From: Acidimicrobiia bacterium
Lineage (GTDB): Bacteria > Actinomycetota > Acidimicrobiia > Spongiisociales > ZC4RG35
Direction: 5' to 3'
Assembly (NCBI GenBank): GCA_965203555.1
Contig: CBDBCY010000002.1
Coordinates: 99,185 to 163,184, forward strand
Length of the DNA: 64,000 bases
Shown: positions 1-10,492 of the stretch, piece by piece
Layout: every line of letters begins with the position of its first letter
How positions within the stretch are numbered: the first letter of the stretch is position 1
Program-made: the position numbers and the translations under genes
The notes under the pieces: generated by a model
What the model saw: the letters and a program-made list of their open reading frames with translations, nothing else
Databases searched by the model: none
Told to the model about the DNA's origin: nothing

Positions 1-723
1 CGGGGCGCCGACGCCAAGAATCGGTTTGTCCAGGCCAATCTCCGCCTGGTGGTACACAATGCCCGTCGCTATCAGGGAGTAAGAGGGATCGATTTTCTCG
101 ATTTGGTTCAGGAGGGCAACCTGGGTCTCATCCGCGCGGTGGAGAAGTTCGACTGGCGCAAAGGCTTCAAGTTCTCCACATACGCCACCTGGTGGATCAA
201 GCAGGCCATCACCCGCGCCATCGCCGACAAGTCCCGCACCGTGCGAATCCCCGCTCACCTTCATGACACCTTGGCCAAGGTTCGACTGGCGCAGGGGATT
301 TTGAAGGGAAAGCTCGGGCGTATGCCTAATCCCGAAGAGATCTCTGAAGAGACGGGCATCCGTATCGACCACGTGGAACAGGCGTTGGTTCTTTCCGACA
401 CCGTCTCCCTGGAGGAGCCGGTGGGAGAGGACGGAGCGCAGCGGGGGGATTTCATAGAAGACGGTGACGCCGAGGATCCGGAGGCGATCGCCGAGGCGAC
501 CAGCGTGGCTATCGCGATGCGCAATTCCATCAAGAAACTCCCCGACCGGGAGAGAAAGATCATGGAGTTGCGGTACGGGTTGGAAGACGGAATCCCCAAG
601 GGCCTGGACGAGATCGGCAGTCACTTCCAGTTGACCCGCGAGAGGATCCGCCAGTTGGAGAAGCTGGCCTTGTGCAGGTTGCGACATCCCTCCTACGGGA
701 TTCGCCAGCAGGATCTCATCTAA
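1..723 (+). CDS. RNA polymerase sigma70 factor, RpoD/SigA-SigB family (5' end outside window)
   Basis: Frame is open from base 1 ([18 protein letters not shown]). Region 2 [34 protein letters not shown]; region 4 [10 protein letters not shown]. Confidence 0.95.
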   Translation, partial: RGADAKNRFVQANLRLVVHNARRYQGVRGIDFLDLVQEGNLGLIRAVEKFDWRKGFKFSTYATWWIKQAITRAIADKSRTVRIPAHLHDTLAKVRLAQGILKGKLGRMPNPEEISEETGIRIDHVEQALVLSDTVSLEEPVGEDGAQRGDFIEDGDAEDPEAIAEATSVAIAMRNSIKKLPDRERKIMELRYGLEDGIPKGLDEIGSHFQLTRERIRQLEKLALCRLRHPSYGIRQQDLI

Positions 724-771
724 GAAAGCCCCATTGCCTTACGTCTAGCCTCTAAGGTACAGGGGCGGGCA

Positions 772-2196
772 ATGATGACTTTCGGAAGAGACCGCGAGGC
801 CGCTTTAGTGAAGGGCCTCGACACGTTTTTCGTGAAGGGTCTGTTCGGACGGGACGCCCGGGGCCGCCTGGGAGCAGGCATTCTGCTCCTGATGGGGATG
901 ATGATTTTGTGGGCCGGTCCGGCATTCGGCCAGTCATCGGAAACGGTTGACGCCAGGTTGCGTTACCAGAACGAGGAGGGAGAACGGGTGCCGGTGGAGG
1001 GAGCGATGCTGTCCGTCACCACCTTGGAGGGGTCTGAGATAGGTTCGGGAGTCACTGACGCGGACGGGGTCTTCTCGGTGCCGGTTCCCCAACCGGCTGT
1101 GTACCTGGTGAGCATCGATGCCGGCACCCTCCCCGCCGGAATCCGGTTGCGGGAACCGGAGCGGGTCACCGTGGAAGTGGAAGTGCTGGAGGGCAGGGCG
1201 GGAAGAGCCATATTCTCCCTGATCAGCGGTGAGGTGACGGTCGTGGAGGAAGGCGGTGGAATCTCCCTGCGACGGGTGGCGCAACTCACCACCGAGGGGA
1301 TAAAACTGGGTTTGTTTCTGGGTATGGCCGCTATTGGCCTGTCACTGGTTTTCGGAACCACCGGGCTGGTCAACTTTGCCCACGGCGAGATGGTCACGTG
1401 GGGCATGCTGTCCGCCTACTTCTTCAACTTTTACGGTCTGGCCGGGATGTTCGGCTTCATGACCGGCTGGTGGCCGCCGTTCGGTCAAGGGATGAACCTC
1501 GTCCTGGCGGCTGTCATGGCGGTAATAATCGGAGGCGTCACCGGCTACCTGATGGACAGATGGATTTTCCGCCCGCTGCGCACCCGTGGCGTCAGCCTCA
1601 TCGCGCAGATGGTGGTAACCATCGGGCTTGCGATTCTGGCTCGGTACATTTTTCTCTTCATTTTCGGGGGGAATCTGCGGTTTTTCAGGGACTATTCGGC
1701 TCAGAGCGCTCTGCAAATCTGGATTATCGAGATCACGCCCAAGGACCTGATAACGGTGGTTCTCTCCGTGTTGATCCTGATCGGGGTGGGATCGTTCCTC
1801 CAGCGGACCCAGACCGGCAAGGCCATGCGGGCGGTGGCGGACAACCGCGACCTGGCCGAGTCGTCTGGGATCGATGTTCAACGGGTTATCAAGATCGTCT
1901 GGATAGGAGCGGGTTCTCTGGCCGCACTGGGCGGGGTGTTTATCGGGCTGGCCGAGCAGTTGAGTTGGCTGATCGGTTTCAGGATGCTGCTTTTGATCTT
2001 CGCCGGAGTGGTCCTGGGCGGGTTGGGCACTGCCTACGGGGCCCTGCTGGGGTGCCTGCTGGTGGGGATCGGCATCCAACTCTCCACCCTTTTCATCCCC
2101 GTCGAGTTGAAGAACATCGGCGCGTTGGTGGTGCTGGCCCTGGTGTTGGTGGTACGACCCCAGGGCATCTTGGGCAGGAGGGAGAGGTTCGGGTAG
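772..2196 (+). CDS. livH: Branched-chain amino acid ABC permease (LivH-like) with N-terminal extracytoplasmic domain; start uncertain
   Basis: GLSLVFGTTGLVNFAHGE, GKAMRAVADNRDLAESSGI, RPQGILG. Confidence 0.9.
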   Translation: MMTFGRDREAALVKGLDTFFVKGLFGRDARGRLGAGILLLMGMMILWAGPAFGQSSETVDARLRYQNEEGERVPVEGAMLSVTTLEGSEIGSGVTDADGVFSVPVPQPAVYLVSIDAGTLPAGIRLREPERVTVEVEVLEGRAGRAIFSLISGEVTVVEEGGGISLRRVAQLTTEGIKLGLFLGMAAIGLSLVFGTTGLVNFAHGEMVTWGMLSAYFFNFYGLAGMFGFMTGWWPPFGQGMNLVLAAVMAVIIGGVTGYLMDRWIFRPLRTRGVSLIAQMVVTIGLAILARYIFLFIFGGNLRFFRDYSAQSALQIWIIEITPKDLITVVLSVLILIGVGSFLQRTQTGKAMRAVADNRDLAESSGIDVQRVIKIVWIGAGSLAALGGVFIGLAEQLSWLIGFRMLLLIFAGVVLGGLGTAYGALLGCLLVGIGIQLSTLFIPVELKNIGALVVLALVLVVRPQGILGRRERFG

Positions 2197-2198
2197 CT

Positions 2199-3209
2199 AT
2201 GACCGTGGCAGCGATCGACTGGGGTTTCATAGTCATCCAAACGGTGGAGACGTCGTTGGGCTTGGAGGCGGCGGTCTACGCCCTGGCGGCGGTGGGGCTC
2301 AATGTCCACTTCGGGTACGCCGGATTGCTGAACTTCGGGCAGGTTGGTTTCGTAGCGATGGGCGCCTACGGAATGGGTTTGTCGGTGACGCTTTGGAATC
2401 TGAATCCGTGGCTGGCAGTGCTGGTGGGGATGGGATTCGCCACCCTTTTCGCTCTCGTTCTGGGCGTTCCCACCCTCCGTTTGCGGGGGGACTACCTGGC
2501 AATCGTCACCATCGCCGCCGCCGAGATAGTCCGCCTGTTCGCCCGATCGACCACTCTGGGCGACATCACCCGCGGCGCCGAGGGTCTCCACGCTTTCATC
2601 GGACCCTTCCGCGAGTTGAGTCCCTTCGATCCCGGCGCCGAATACGGGATCGGGCCTTTCCAGGTGGGCGGCAATCAGTTCTTCGCCATCGTGCTGGGAT
2701 GGGGGGTGACGGCCGTCTGCCTGGTGGTTATCTGGCAGTTGATGCGCAGTCCGTGGGGGAGAGTGGTGAAGGCCATCCGCGAAGACGAGGACGCCGCCCG
2801 GGCGCTGGGGAAGAACGCCTACTGGTACAAGCTCCAGGCTCTGATTCTGGGCGGTGTGATCGGGGGCCTGGCCGGGATGGTGCAGGCCGTCGGAAAAGCC
2901 ACCATCCAGCCCGACTCGTTCGTGCCGGCCTACACGTTCTTCTTCTGGACGGTCCTGATCCTGGGCGGGGTGGGCCGTATCTGGTCGCCGGTAGTGGGCG
3001 CCATGCTCTTTTGGGCGATGCTCACTTTCTTCCAGGGGACCCTCACGGCTCTGGTGACCGAAGGTCTTATTCCCACCGCGTTCATGGACCCGACCCAGGT
3101 GAACCAGATCCGCTTTATGCTGGTGGGAGTGGGCCTGGCTTTGCTGATGGTCTTCCGACCACAGGGCATCTTCGGATCGAGAGAGGAGATGATGCTGGAT
3201 GTCCGGTAG
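2199..3209 (+). CDS. livM: Branched-chain amino acid ABC permease (LivM-like)
   Basis: GLNVHFGYAGLLNFGQ, LRLRGDYLAIVT, WGRVVKAIREDE; ATG 2199 follows the livH stop. Confidence 0.9.
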   Translation: MTVAAIDWGFIVIQTVETSLGLEAAVYALAAVGLNVHFGYAGLLNFGQVGFVAMGAYGMGLSVTLWNLNPWLAVLVGMGFATLFALVLGVPTLRLRGDYLAIVTIAAAEIVRLFARSTTLGDITRGAEGLHAFIGPFRELSPFDPGAEYGIGPFQVGGNQFFAIVLGWGVTAVCLVVIWQLMRSPWGRVVKAIREDEDAARALGKNAYWYKLQALILGGVIGGLAGMVQAVGKATIQPDSFVPAYTFFFWTVLILGGVGRIWSPVVGAMLFWAMLTFFQGTLTALVTEGLIPTAFMDPTQVNQIRFMLVGVGLALLMVFRPQGIFGSREEMMLDVR

Positions 3210-4125
3210 CAATCTCCTTTCACGCCTCTTGGAAAGGATCAGGCGTCCCGAAGAGTTCGAACCCGATTTGGGATGGGTTCTGGACGAGTCCCGCAGCAAG
3301 TGGATGGAGGAGAATGTTTCGGGGGTCACCAAACCCGATCCCGCCCTGGTGATCAAGGGCCTGCGCCGGGCCTTCGGGGGCCTCATGGCGGTGGATGTGG
3401 ATCATCTGGAAATCCAACGGGGAGTCATAACCGCGCTGATAGGTCCCAACGGGGCGGGCAAGACCACTTTCTTCAATCTGCTCACCGGATTCGACCGCCC
3501 CGATTCGGGGTCGGTGCTCTTCGACGGACGGGACATCAAACGGTTGCGCTCACATGAACGAGCCCGGAGGGGAATGGTACGCACCTTTCAACTCACCAAG
3601 GCGCTCACCAAGCTCTCGGTGTTGGAGAACATGAAGTTGGGCGCCAAGGGCCAGATCGGGGAGGGATTCGCCCGCTCGCTGTACCCACCACTCTGGCGGG
3701 CCCAGGAGAAAGCCATCGAAGAGCGGGCCATGGAACTCCTGGAGAGATTCTCGCTGGCTCACATGGCCTCCGAATACGCGGGCACCCTCTCGGGCGGCCA
3801 GCGCAAGCTCCTGGAGATGGCCAGGGCGCTGATGTCACGGCCGGCGGTCGTGATGCTGGACGAACCGGTGGCGGGGGTCAATCCGGCTCTCACTCAATCT
3901 CTGCTGGAGCATGTCAGAAGATTGCCCATCGAGGGCATGACGGTGATTTTTGTGGAACATGACATGGACGTGGTTTGGGACATCTCCGACTGGGTGGTGG
4001 TAATGGCGGAGGGGAAGGTGATCGCCGAGGGCTTGGCGGAGGACATTGGAAAGAACCGGGCCGTGATCGATGCCTATCTCGGCTCGGGGCAGGGGATCGA
4101 GGACTCCGGGGAGGAATCTCAGTGA
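3199..4125 (+). CDS. livG: ABC transporter ATP-binding protein (LivG-like)
   Basis: GPNGAGKTT, LSGGQRK, VMLDEP, VIDAYLG. Confidence 0.92.
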   Translation: MSGSNLLSRLLERIRRPEEFEPDLGWVLDESRSKWMEENVSGVTKPDPALVIKGLRRAFGGLMAVDVDHLEIQRGVITALIGPNGAGKTTFFNLLTGFDRPDSGSVLFDGRDIKRLRSHERARRGMVRTFQLTKALTKLSVLENMKLGAKGQIGEGFARSLYPPLWRAQEKAIEERAMELLERFSLAHMASEYAGTLSGGQRKLLEMARALMSRPAVVMLDEPVAGVNPALTQSLLEHVRRLPIEGMTVIFVEHDMDVVWDISDWVVVMAEGKVIAEGLAEDIGKNRAVIDAYLGSGQGIEDSGEESQ

Positions 4126-4868
4126 GCGCGCCGGCCGCTGCCGACCGGCCGCTCGTGGAGTTGCGTCAACTGGTGGCCGGCTACCTGCCCGGGGTTGATA
4201 TTCTGAGAAAGGTCGATCTTGCCCTGTATGCGGGGGAGATGATCGGGATCATCGGTCCGAACGGCGCCGGCAAGTCCACCTTGCTGAAGGCCCTGTTCGG
4301 CCTCTTGGAGGTGCGTTCGGGTGATGTGGTTTTCAAGGGGGAATCCATCACCGGCCTGCGGGCTCATGAATTGGTGGCCAGGGGAGTGGGGTACGTGCCG
4401 CAACTCGACAACGTGTTCTCTGCGCTGACAGTGATGGAAAACCTGGAGATGGGGGCGTATCTGGCGCCGCACGCCACCACCGAACGGATGGAGAGGGTGG
4501 TGGAGTTGTTCCCGAGGTTGGGGGAGCGACTCGGTCAGCGGGCCGGGCTCCTGTCGGGCGGTGAGCGGCAGATGCTGGCCATGGGACGGGCCTTGATGAT
4601 GAATCCCGAAGTGCTGCTGTTGGACGAGCCGTCGGCGGGACTTTCTCCGGTGCTCCAGGATCAGGTGTTCGCCCGGGCCAGGGATATCAACCGATCGGGA
4701 GTGGCGGTGATCATGGTGGAGCAGAACGCCCGACGGTGCCTGCAGATCTGCCACCGGGGTTACGTGCTGGACCACGGCCGCAATGCCTACACCGGGACCG
4801 GGCAGAGTCTGCTCAATGACCCGAAGGTGATCGAGCTTTACCTGGGCACCCTGGCCCGGGGCGACTGA
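4122..4868 (+). CDS. livF: ABC transporter ATP-binding protein (LivF-like)
   Basis: GPNGAGKST, LSGGERQMLA, LLLDEPS, VEQNA; GTG overlaps livG stop. Confidence 0.92.
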   Translation: MSAPAAADRPLVELRQLVAGYLPGVDILRKVDLALYAGEMIGIIGPNGAGKSTLLKALFGLLEVRSGDVVFKGESITGLRAHELVARGVGYVPQLDNVFSALTVMENLEMGAYLAPHATTERMERVVELFPRLGERLGQRAGLLSGGERQMLAMGRALMMNPEVLLLDEPSAGLSPVLQDQVFARARDINRSGVAVIMVEQNARRCLQICHRGYVLDHGRNAYTGTGQSLLNDPKVIELYLGTLARGD

Positions 4869-4893
4869 GCGCCCGGAATACTCGATCGAGAAA

Positions 4894-4919
4894 GTGGGGG
4901 CCGGTTGCCCGGCCCCCAC
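4894..4919 (-). terminator. Intrinsic terminator hairpin between convergent genes
   Basis: gtgggggccgg-ttgc-ccggcccccac perfect 11-bp stem with a short T run on the minus strand. Confidence 0.7.
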
Positions 4920-4940
4920 CGGCAATTGGCGGTACGGGAG

Positions 4941-6266
4941 TTACCCGGCGGCGAAGACGTACTCGTCGAGTGAGGTGTCGGGTGTGTCGCCCCCGCTGTA
5001 GGTGGCGATGCGGAAGCTGGCTGCGGCGGGTTCGCCGGCTTCCACGAATTCGTAGGGTCCGCCGACGCCGTCGTAGTCGGGATCGCCGCCGCTTCCGATG
5101 ATGTCCCTGCACTCCGCGAAGCTGGTGCACTTGGCGCCGCCCCGGGTCACGTCGTTGATCTCCGCCGCGATCTCCACCGGGTCGTCCGAGTTGGCGACCA
5201 GGGCGGCCAACGCCACGATCACGATCGCGTCGTAGGTCTCCGCGCCATAGGCATAGATCTGTTGCAGACCACCCTCGTAGGCGCTGTCCAGCCGGTCGGT
5301 GAAGTCCGAGATCGAACTCAGGTCCACCGAAGGTTCGGTGCCGCGCATTCCCGTGATGATCGAAGGATCGGAAAGCTCGGCGCCGATACCGCCGATGTTT
5401 CCGTCGACACCGTACACGTTGGTGGCGGAGGTGGCGCCGATGCCCCGCTCGTGCATGGTGGTCAAGATGGTGGCGGACTCCTGGAAGCCGATCACCACGA
5501 CCGCGTCGGGATTCGCCCCCGCCAGTTGATCGACCTCGGCGTCGAAGTTGTCGGTGCCGGGCGCATAGGCGATGAACGGATCAACCGTACCCCCCAGGCT
5601 CTCGAAGTTCTCCATGAACGAATCGGCCAGACCTTGCCCGTAGGACTCCTGGCGATAGATCACACCGGCGATCTCGTTGCCCTCCGAAGCCACCAGGTCC
5701 GCCAGGACCTTGCCCTGCAACAGGTCGGAAGGGGCGGTACGGAAGTACAGGCCGTTGTCGTCGTAGGTGGTGAAGTCCGGTGAGGTGTTGGCCGGGGAGA
5801 AGTGAATCACGTTGTTGCCGGTGATCTTGTCGATCACCAGCTTGGAGACGGCCGAACTGGCCGCTCCGATGATGGCGTCCACCTCCAGGGCCAGCAGGCG
5901 GTCGACCTCGGGGTTGGCGATGTCCTGGTTGGTGTCGCCCGAGTCGCCCTCGTGCAACACCATGTCATTGCCGAATACTCCGCCCGCCGCGTTGATATCG
6001 GCGGCGGCCAGCCGGGCGCCCGCCACTACCGCCGGACCCAGGAAGGCCAAATCACCGGTGACCGGCAACAAGGTTCCGATCACCAATTGGCCGTCGGCAG
6101 CCGCTTGTTGCGGAGCATCCTCGGTTGCAGCAGCAGTGGTGGCCGGAGCGGCGGTGGTTGGTGCAACATCGTCTTCTTCAGTGTCTCTGTCACCGCAGGC
6201 TGCTGCAACCAGGGTCAATACTGACACGATGGCGAACAGTTTCAGATTTTTCTTGGTTCTGTACAT
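4941..6266 (-). CDS. ABC transporter substrate-binding lipoprotein (LivJ/LivK-like)
   Basis: Lipobox VAAACG, IGTLLPVTGDLAFLG, YFRTAPSD. Confidence 0.9.
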   Translation of the reverse strand: MYRTKKNLKLFAIVSVLTLVAAACGDRDTEEDDVAPTTAAPATTAAATEDAPQQAAADGQLVIGTLLPVTGDLAFLGPAVVAGARLAAADINAAGGVFGNDMVLHEGDSGDTNQDIANPEVDRLLALEVDAIIGAASSAVSKLVIDKITGNNVIHFSPANTSPDFTTYDDNGLYFRTAPSDLLQGKVLADLVASEGNEIAGVIYRQESYGQGLADSFMENFESLGGTVDPFIAYAPGTDNFDAEVDQLAGANPDAVVVIGFQESATILTTMHERGIGATSATNVYGVDGNIGGIGAELSDPSIITGMRGTEPSVDLSSISDFTDRLDSAYEGGLQQIYAYGAETYDAIVIVALAALVANSDDPVEIAAEINDVTRGGAKCTSFAECRDIIGSGGDPDYDGVGGPYEFVEAGEPAAASFRIATYSGGDTPDTSLDEYVFAAG

Positions 6267-6471
6267 CTAAGATCCGTCCTTTCTCCCGGCCGGCAATTCC
6301 TCCCGTGATAGAGGATGAGACGCTGGATCGAAGTTCTTGGCATTCCTCGACCGGGGATTCCAACCTGCAGAGTCATCCAGGCGATCTCATTGTAAGTGCC
6401 GGGTGAACCTTTTGCTGAGAGGAAAGCAATAAGAAATCCTAGCTTCAAGGACCCGCGGATAGCGGGAACGA

Positions 6472-8208
6472 TTACCTGACCAGGGCTATGACCGCTCCGG
6501 CCGCCACCGAGTCTCCCGGCTCGATGCGCAAGTCAACCACGTTGCCTTCTCTGCCGGCCGGCACCGCGTTCTCCATCTTCATGGCCTCCAGCACGCAGAC
6601 GGTGTCCTCCGCGTCCACCCGGTCGCCGACTTTTACGTTCACTTTGACGATGGTGCCCTGCATGGGAGCGGTGACGGCCCCGTCGGCGGCTACGACCGGT
6701 CCTCTGGCCGGTTTGGGAGGACGACGACGCACCTTGGCGGGCCGGTCTTCCTGGCCGACGTCGGGTTCCCAGTAGGAAACCACGAACCGTCGACCGCTTA
6801 TCTCCACGGTCATGTCCTGGCGGAGAACGCCCTCCTCTTCGGGTAGCGACCCCGCAACTTCCGGATCACCGGGCATGAGATCCACTTCGCTCTCCAGCCA
6901 ACCGGTGTGATGGCGGCCGGAGATGAAATCGGGGTGGTTCAACACCGCCCGGTGGACCGCAATGGTGGTGGGCACTCCGGTGATCTCGTACTCGTGCAAT
7001 GCCCGCTTGGCCCGGCCGATCGCCTGGGTGCGGGTGGGCGCCCACACCACCAGTTTGGCGAGCAGGTTGTCGTAGAAGCGGGGCACCGTGACGCCGGCGC
7101 TCACCCACCCGTCCACCCGCACTCCCGGACCGGCGGGTTCCCGGTAGCCGATGATGCGGCCCGGGGTGGGCATGTAGTTGTTGTACGGGTCCTCGGCGTT
7201 GATCCGCATCTCGATGGCGTGGCCGTCGGCTCGCAGACCGATGGCCGACGTGGGTCTTCCGGCGGCGATTCGAAGTTGCTCACGGACCAGGTCCACCCCG
7301 GTGACCATCTCGGTAACGGTGTGCTCCACCTGCAGACGGGTGTTCATCTCCAAAAAGTAGAAAGAGCCCGAAGAATCGGCGAGGAACTCCACGGTTCCGG
7401 CGTTGCGGTATTCACAGGTCCGGGCAATTCTGAGCGCAGCCTCTCCCAGTTCCCGGCTCTGGGCGAGGTTCAGGATGGCGGAAGGCGCCTCCTCGATTAG
7501 CTTTTGGTGGCGGCGTTGCACGGAGCAGTCCCGCTCTCCCAGATACACATAGTTGTGGTGGTCGTCCACCAGGATTTGCGCCTCGATGTGATGGACATCG
7601 GTCAGTTTCTTCTCCAGGTAGACCTCGGGACTGTTGAAGTAGGCGTCGGCCTCCCTCCGGGCGGACGCCAAAGCCTCCTGTATCTGCGAGGGACGGTCAA
7701 CGGTCCTCATGCCACGACCGCCACCGGCTCGGGACGCCTTGATCAGCACCGGATAGCCGAGTCGGTCGGCCACCGCCATGATCTCGGCCGGATCCTCCAA
7801 GGGCGATTCGGTTCCCGGCACCACCGGCACTCCCGCCTCGATCGCTATCTGGCGGGAGGCGACCTTGTCGCCCATGGCGGCGATGGCGGCGGGTGGCGGC
7901 CCCACCCATATAAGACCGGCGTCGGTCACCGCCTGGGCGAAGGCAGGGTTCTCCGACAGGAAGCCGTAGCCGGGATGGACCGCCTCTGCTTCTGTCTCGG
8001 CGGCCACGTCCAGGATCCGGTCGATGTTCAGGTAGGACTGCCCGGCGGGCGCCGGGCCGATGTTCCAGGCCTGATCGGCCAGTTGGGCGTGGTAGGCGTC
8101 CCGGTCGGGCTCGGAATAGACCGCAATGGTGCGAAGGCCCATCTCCCGGGCGGTGCGGATGATCCTGACCGCTATTTCGCCGCGGTTGGCTACCAACACG
8201 GATTTCAC
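6472..8208 (-). CDS. Acetyl/propionyl-CoA carboxylase alpha subunit (biotin carboxylase + BCCP)
   Basis: VLVANRGEIA, HPGYGFLSEN, ERDCSVQRRHQK, EMNTRLQVEH, biotinylation motif EAMKM. Confidence 0.97.
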   Translation of the reverse strand: MKSVLVANRGEIAVRIIRTAREMGLRTIAVYSEPDRDAYHAQLADQAWNIGPAPAGQSYLNIDRILDVAAETEAEAVHPGYGFLSENPAFAQAVTDAGLIWVGPPPAAIAAMGDKVASRQIAIEAGVPVVPGTESPLEDPAEIMAVADRLGYPVLIKASRAGGGRGMRTVDRPSQIQEALASARREADAYFNSPEVYLEKKLTDVHHIEAQILVDDHHNYVYLGERDCSVQRRHQKLIEEAPSAILNLAQSRELGEAALRIARTCEYRNAGTVEFLADSSGSFYFLEMNTRLQVEHTVTEMVTGVDLVREQLRIAAGRPTSAIGLRADGHAIEMRINAEDPYNNYMPTPGRIIGYREPAGPGVRVDGWVSAGVTVPRFYDNLLAKLVVWAPTRTQAIGRAKRALHEYEITGVPTTIAVHRAVLNHPDFISGRHHTGWLESEVDLMPGDPEVAGSLPEEEGVLRQDMTVEISGRRFVVSYWEPDVGQEDRPAKVRRRPPKPARGPVVAADGAVTAPMQGTIVKVNVKVGDRVDAEDTVCVLEAMKMENAVPAGREGNVVDLRIEPGDSVAAGAVIALVR

Positions 8209-9752
8209 AATGGGATGTTTCCATGTTTCTTGCTCGGAAGGGCTTCCCGTTTGCTCCGCAGCATCTCCAAGGCCGAGATGAGGTGTGGGCGGGTTTCTCG
8301 GGGCTCGATGACCGAATCCACCAAACCCAGTTCGGCTGCCTTGTAGGGATTGTTGAACTCGTCTTCGTACTCCGCTATCAATTCGAGCCGGCGATGTTCG
8401 GGATCGGGGGCTTGGGCGATGTCCCGGCGAAAGATGACGTTCACCGCGCCGGACGCCCCCATCACCGCGATTTCGGCCGAAGGCCAGGCAAAGACCACGT
8501 CGGCCCGGATACCGCGGGCGTTCATCACCAGGTAGGCGCCCCCGTAGGCCTTGCGGGTGATGACGGAAACCCGCGGGACCGTGGCTTCGCAGTAGGCGTA
8601 CAGGAGCTTGGCGCCGTGGCGAATGATCCCGTTGTGCTCCTGGTCGACTCCCGGAAGGACCCCGGGAACATCCACGAAAGTGACGAGAGGGATGTTGAAG
8701 GCGTCGCAGAATCTGACGAACCGGGCGCCTTTCTGGGCAGCGTCGATATCCAAGGTTCCGGCCAGAACCGAGGGCTGGTTGGCCACCACTCCCACCGTGT
8801 GGCCGTCCAGTCGCCCCAGTCCCACCAGCAGGTTGCGAGCCCAGTGCTCATGCACCTGGAAGAAGTCGCCGTCGTCGAGCACTGTCTCGATGAGAGCGGT
8901 CATGTCGTACGGCTGGTTGGAGGAGTCCGGAATGATCTGGTCCAGCAGATCGTCGGTGCGGGTGGGCAGGTCGGTGGGGCCGAAGTAGGCGGGCAGTTCC
9001 AGGTTGTTCTGGGGGAGGAAGGAGAGGAGGTAACGGACCCCGTCGAGTGCCAGGGCGTCCTCGGAGAAAACGAAATGCACCACGCCGGAGGTGGAGGCGT
9101 GGACCATCGCCCCGCCCAACTCTTCGAAAGTGACGTCCTCTCCGGTTACCGCCTTGATCACGTCGGGACCGGTGATGAAGAGGTGGCTGGTCTCGCTTAC
9201 CTGGATCACGAAATCGGTGAGGGCCGGTGAGTACACGGCGCCGCCGGCGCAGGGTCCCATGATCACCGAGATCTGGGGTATCACTCCCGAGGCGCGGACG
9301 TTTCGCTCGAAGATCCTTCCGTAACCGTCCAGGGACGCCACTCCCTCCTGGATGCGGGCGCCTCCGGAGTCCTTCAGCCCGATCAGCGGGGCGCCGGCCT
9401 GCAGCGCCATGTCGGTTATCTTGCAGATCTTGTCGGCCACCGCCACTCCCAGGCTTCCCCCGAAAGTGGTGAAATCCTCGGCAAAGACGAACACCGTGCG
9501 CCCGTCCACCTTGCCCCACCCGGTCACCACCGCATCGCCCAGGGGCCGCCGGTTCTCCACCCCGAAGCCACGGCCCGAATGGCGTACGAAAGCGTCGACT
9601 TCGCAAAAGGTGTCCCGGTCCAAGAGGTGAGCGATACGCTCCCGGGCGGTGAGCTTGCCCCGCTCGTGCTGTCGGTCGATGGCTCGGCGGTCGGCTGCCA
9701 GGGCCTGTCCTCGCATCTTGCGAAGGTTTTCAATTCGTTGTTCGGTACCCAA
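8205..9752 (-). CDS. pccB: Acyl-CoA carboxylase beta (carboxyltransferase) subunit
   Basis: GKLTARERI, DSGGARIQEG, GPCAGGAVYSP, KKHGNIPL. Confidence 0.95.
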   Translation of the reverse strand: MGTEQRIENLRKMRGQALAADRRAIDRQHERGKLTARERIAHLLDRDTFCEVDAFVRHSGRGFGVENRRPLGDAVVTGWGKVDGRTVFVFAEDFTTFGGSLGVAVADKICKITDMALQAGAPLIGLKDSGGARIQEGVASLDGYGRIFERNVRASGVIPQISVIMGPCAGGAVYSPALTDFVIQVSETSHLFITGPDVIKAVTGEDVTFEELGGAMVHASTSGVVHFVFSEDALALDGVRYLLSFLPQNNLELPAYFGPTDLPTRTDDLLDQIIPDSSNQPYDMTALIETVLDDGDFFQVHEHWARNLLVGLGRLDGHTVGVVANQPSVLAGTLDIDAAQKGARFVRFCDAFNIPLVTFVDVPGVLPGVDQEHNGIIRHGAKLLYAYCEATVPRVSVITRKAYGGAYLVMNARGIRADVVFAWPSAEIAVMGASGAVNVIFRRDIAQAPDPEHRRLELIAEYEDEFNNPYKAAELGLVDSVIEPRETRPHLISALEMLRSKREALPSKKHGNIPL

Positions 9753-9805
9753 CCCTTTGACCTCTTGGATAAGCTCTCTCGTACTTGGACTTGGGGTAAA
9801 CCGCT

Positions 9806-10486
9806 TTGGCTACACCATATTGTTTGATTCGGTTGTCCGTCACGTCTTCCACGCAGGACGACGCCCGCCGAGCTTACCGGGGAAGGCCGGTAGTCGTGGT
9901 AGCGGACCGCCAGGAGCACGGCAGGGGAAGACGTGACCGGGAATGGATCAGCGCTCCCGGAGCATTGGCTGTATCGGTGGCGTGCGAGCCGCGATGGGAC
10001 AGGCGCCGGTGGGGACTGCTGCCTCTGATGGCCGGCTGGCAGGCCGCCAGGGTCCTGGGCGCCCGGGTTGTCCTCAAATGGCCCAATGACCTGTTGGTCG
10101 GAGATGACAAAGTGGGTGGAATTCTGGTGGAGGCGAAGGGTTCCGTGGTGGTGGCGGGGTGCGGTTTCAATCTGTGGTGGCCCGATGCTCCCGAGGGAAT
10201 GGCCGGCCTGGACGACCGACCTCCGGGATCCTTGCGGCGGGACGAGATTGCCCACGCCTGGGCGGGGGGTCTGGTGGAATCCGCCCTGGACCCCGGGGGT
10301 GGGTCCTTTTCACTGGACGACTACCGCCGCCGTTGCGTCACCATGGGCCGGTGGATCAGTTGGGCCGACGGCGGGGCCGGACGGGCGGTTGACATCGACC
10401 CCGAAGGCGCCCTGGTGGTTGAAAGCCCCTCCGGGCGGAGAAAACTACGTTCTGAGGAGGTGTTTCACGTTCGGGCCCGCCGGTGA
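9806..10486 (+). CDS. birA: Biotin--[acetyl-CoA-carboxylase] ligase
   Basis: QEHGRGRRDREW, LKWPNDL, KVGGILVE; divergent from the carboxylase genes. Confidence 0.92.
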   Translation: MATPYCLIRLSVTSSTQDDARRAYRGRPVVVVADRQEHGRGRRDREWISAPGALAVSVACEPRWDRRRWGLLPLMAGWQAARVLGARVVLKWPNDLLVGDDKVGGILVEAKGSVVVAGCGFNLWWPDAPEGMAGLDDRPPGSLRRDEIAHAWAGGLVESALDPGGGSFSLDDYRRRCVTMGRWISWADGGAGRAVDIDPEGALVVESPSGRRKLRSEEVFHVRARR

Positions 10487-10492
10487 CGGGAT

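Noticed and set aside
1398-2198. N-terminal extensions in the ORF track (livM from 1398, cofE from 20727, DUF5719 from 23485)
   Set aside because: They overlap real upstream genes; coupled downstream starts fit better.
1342-9230. Long antisense/alternate-frame ORFs (e.g. 2034..3386, 8223..9230; likewise 25152..26603, 52148..54280)
   Set aside because: Shadow ORFs of high-GC genes with no recognisable motifs.
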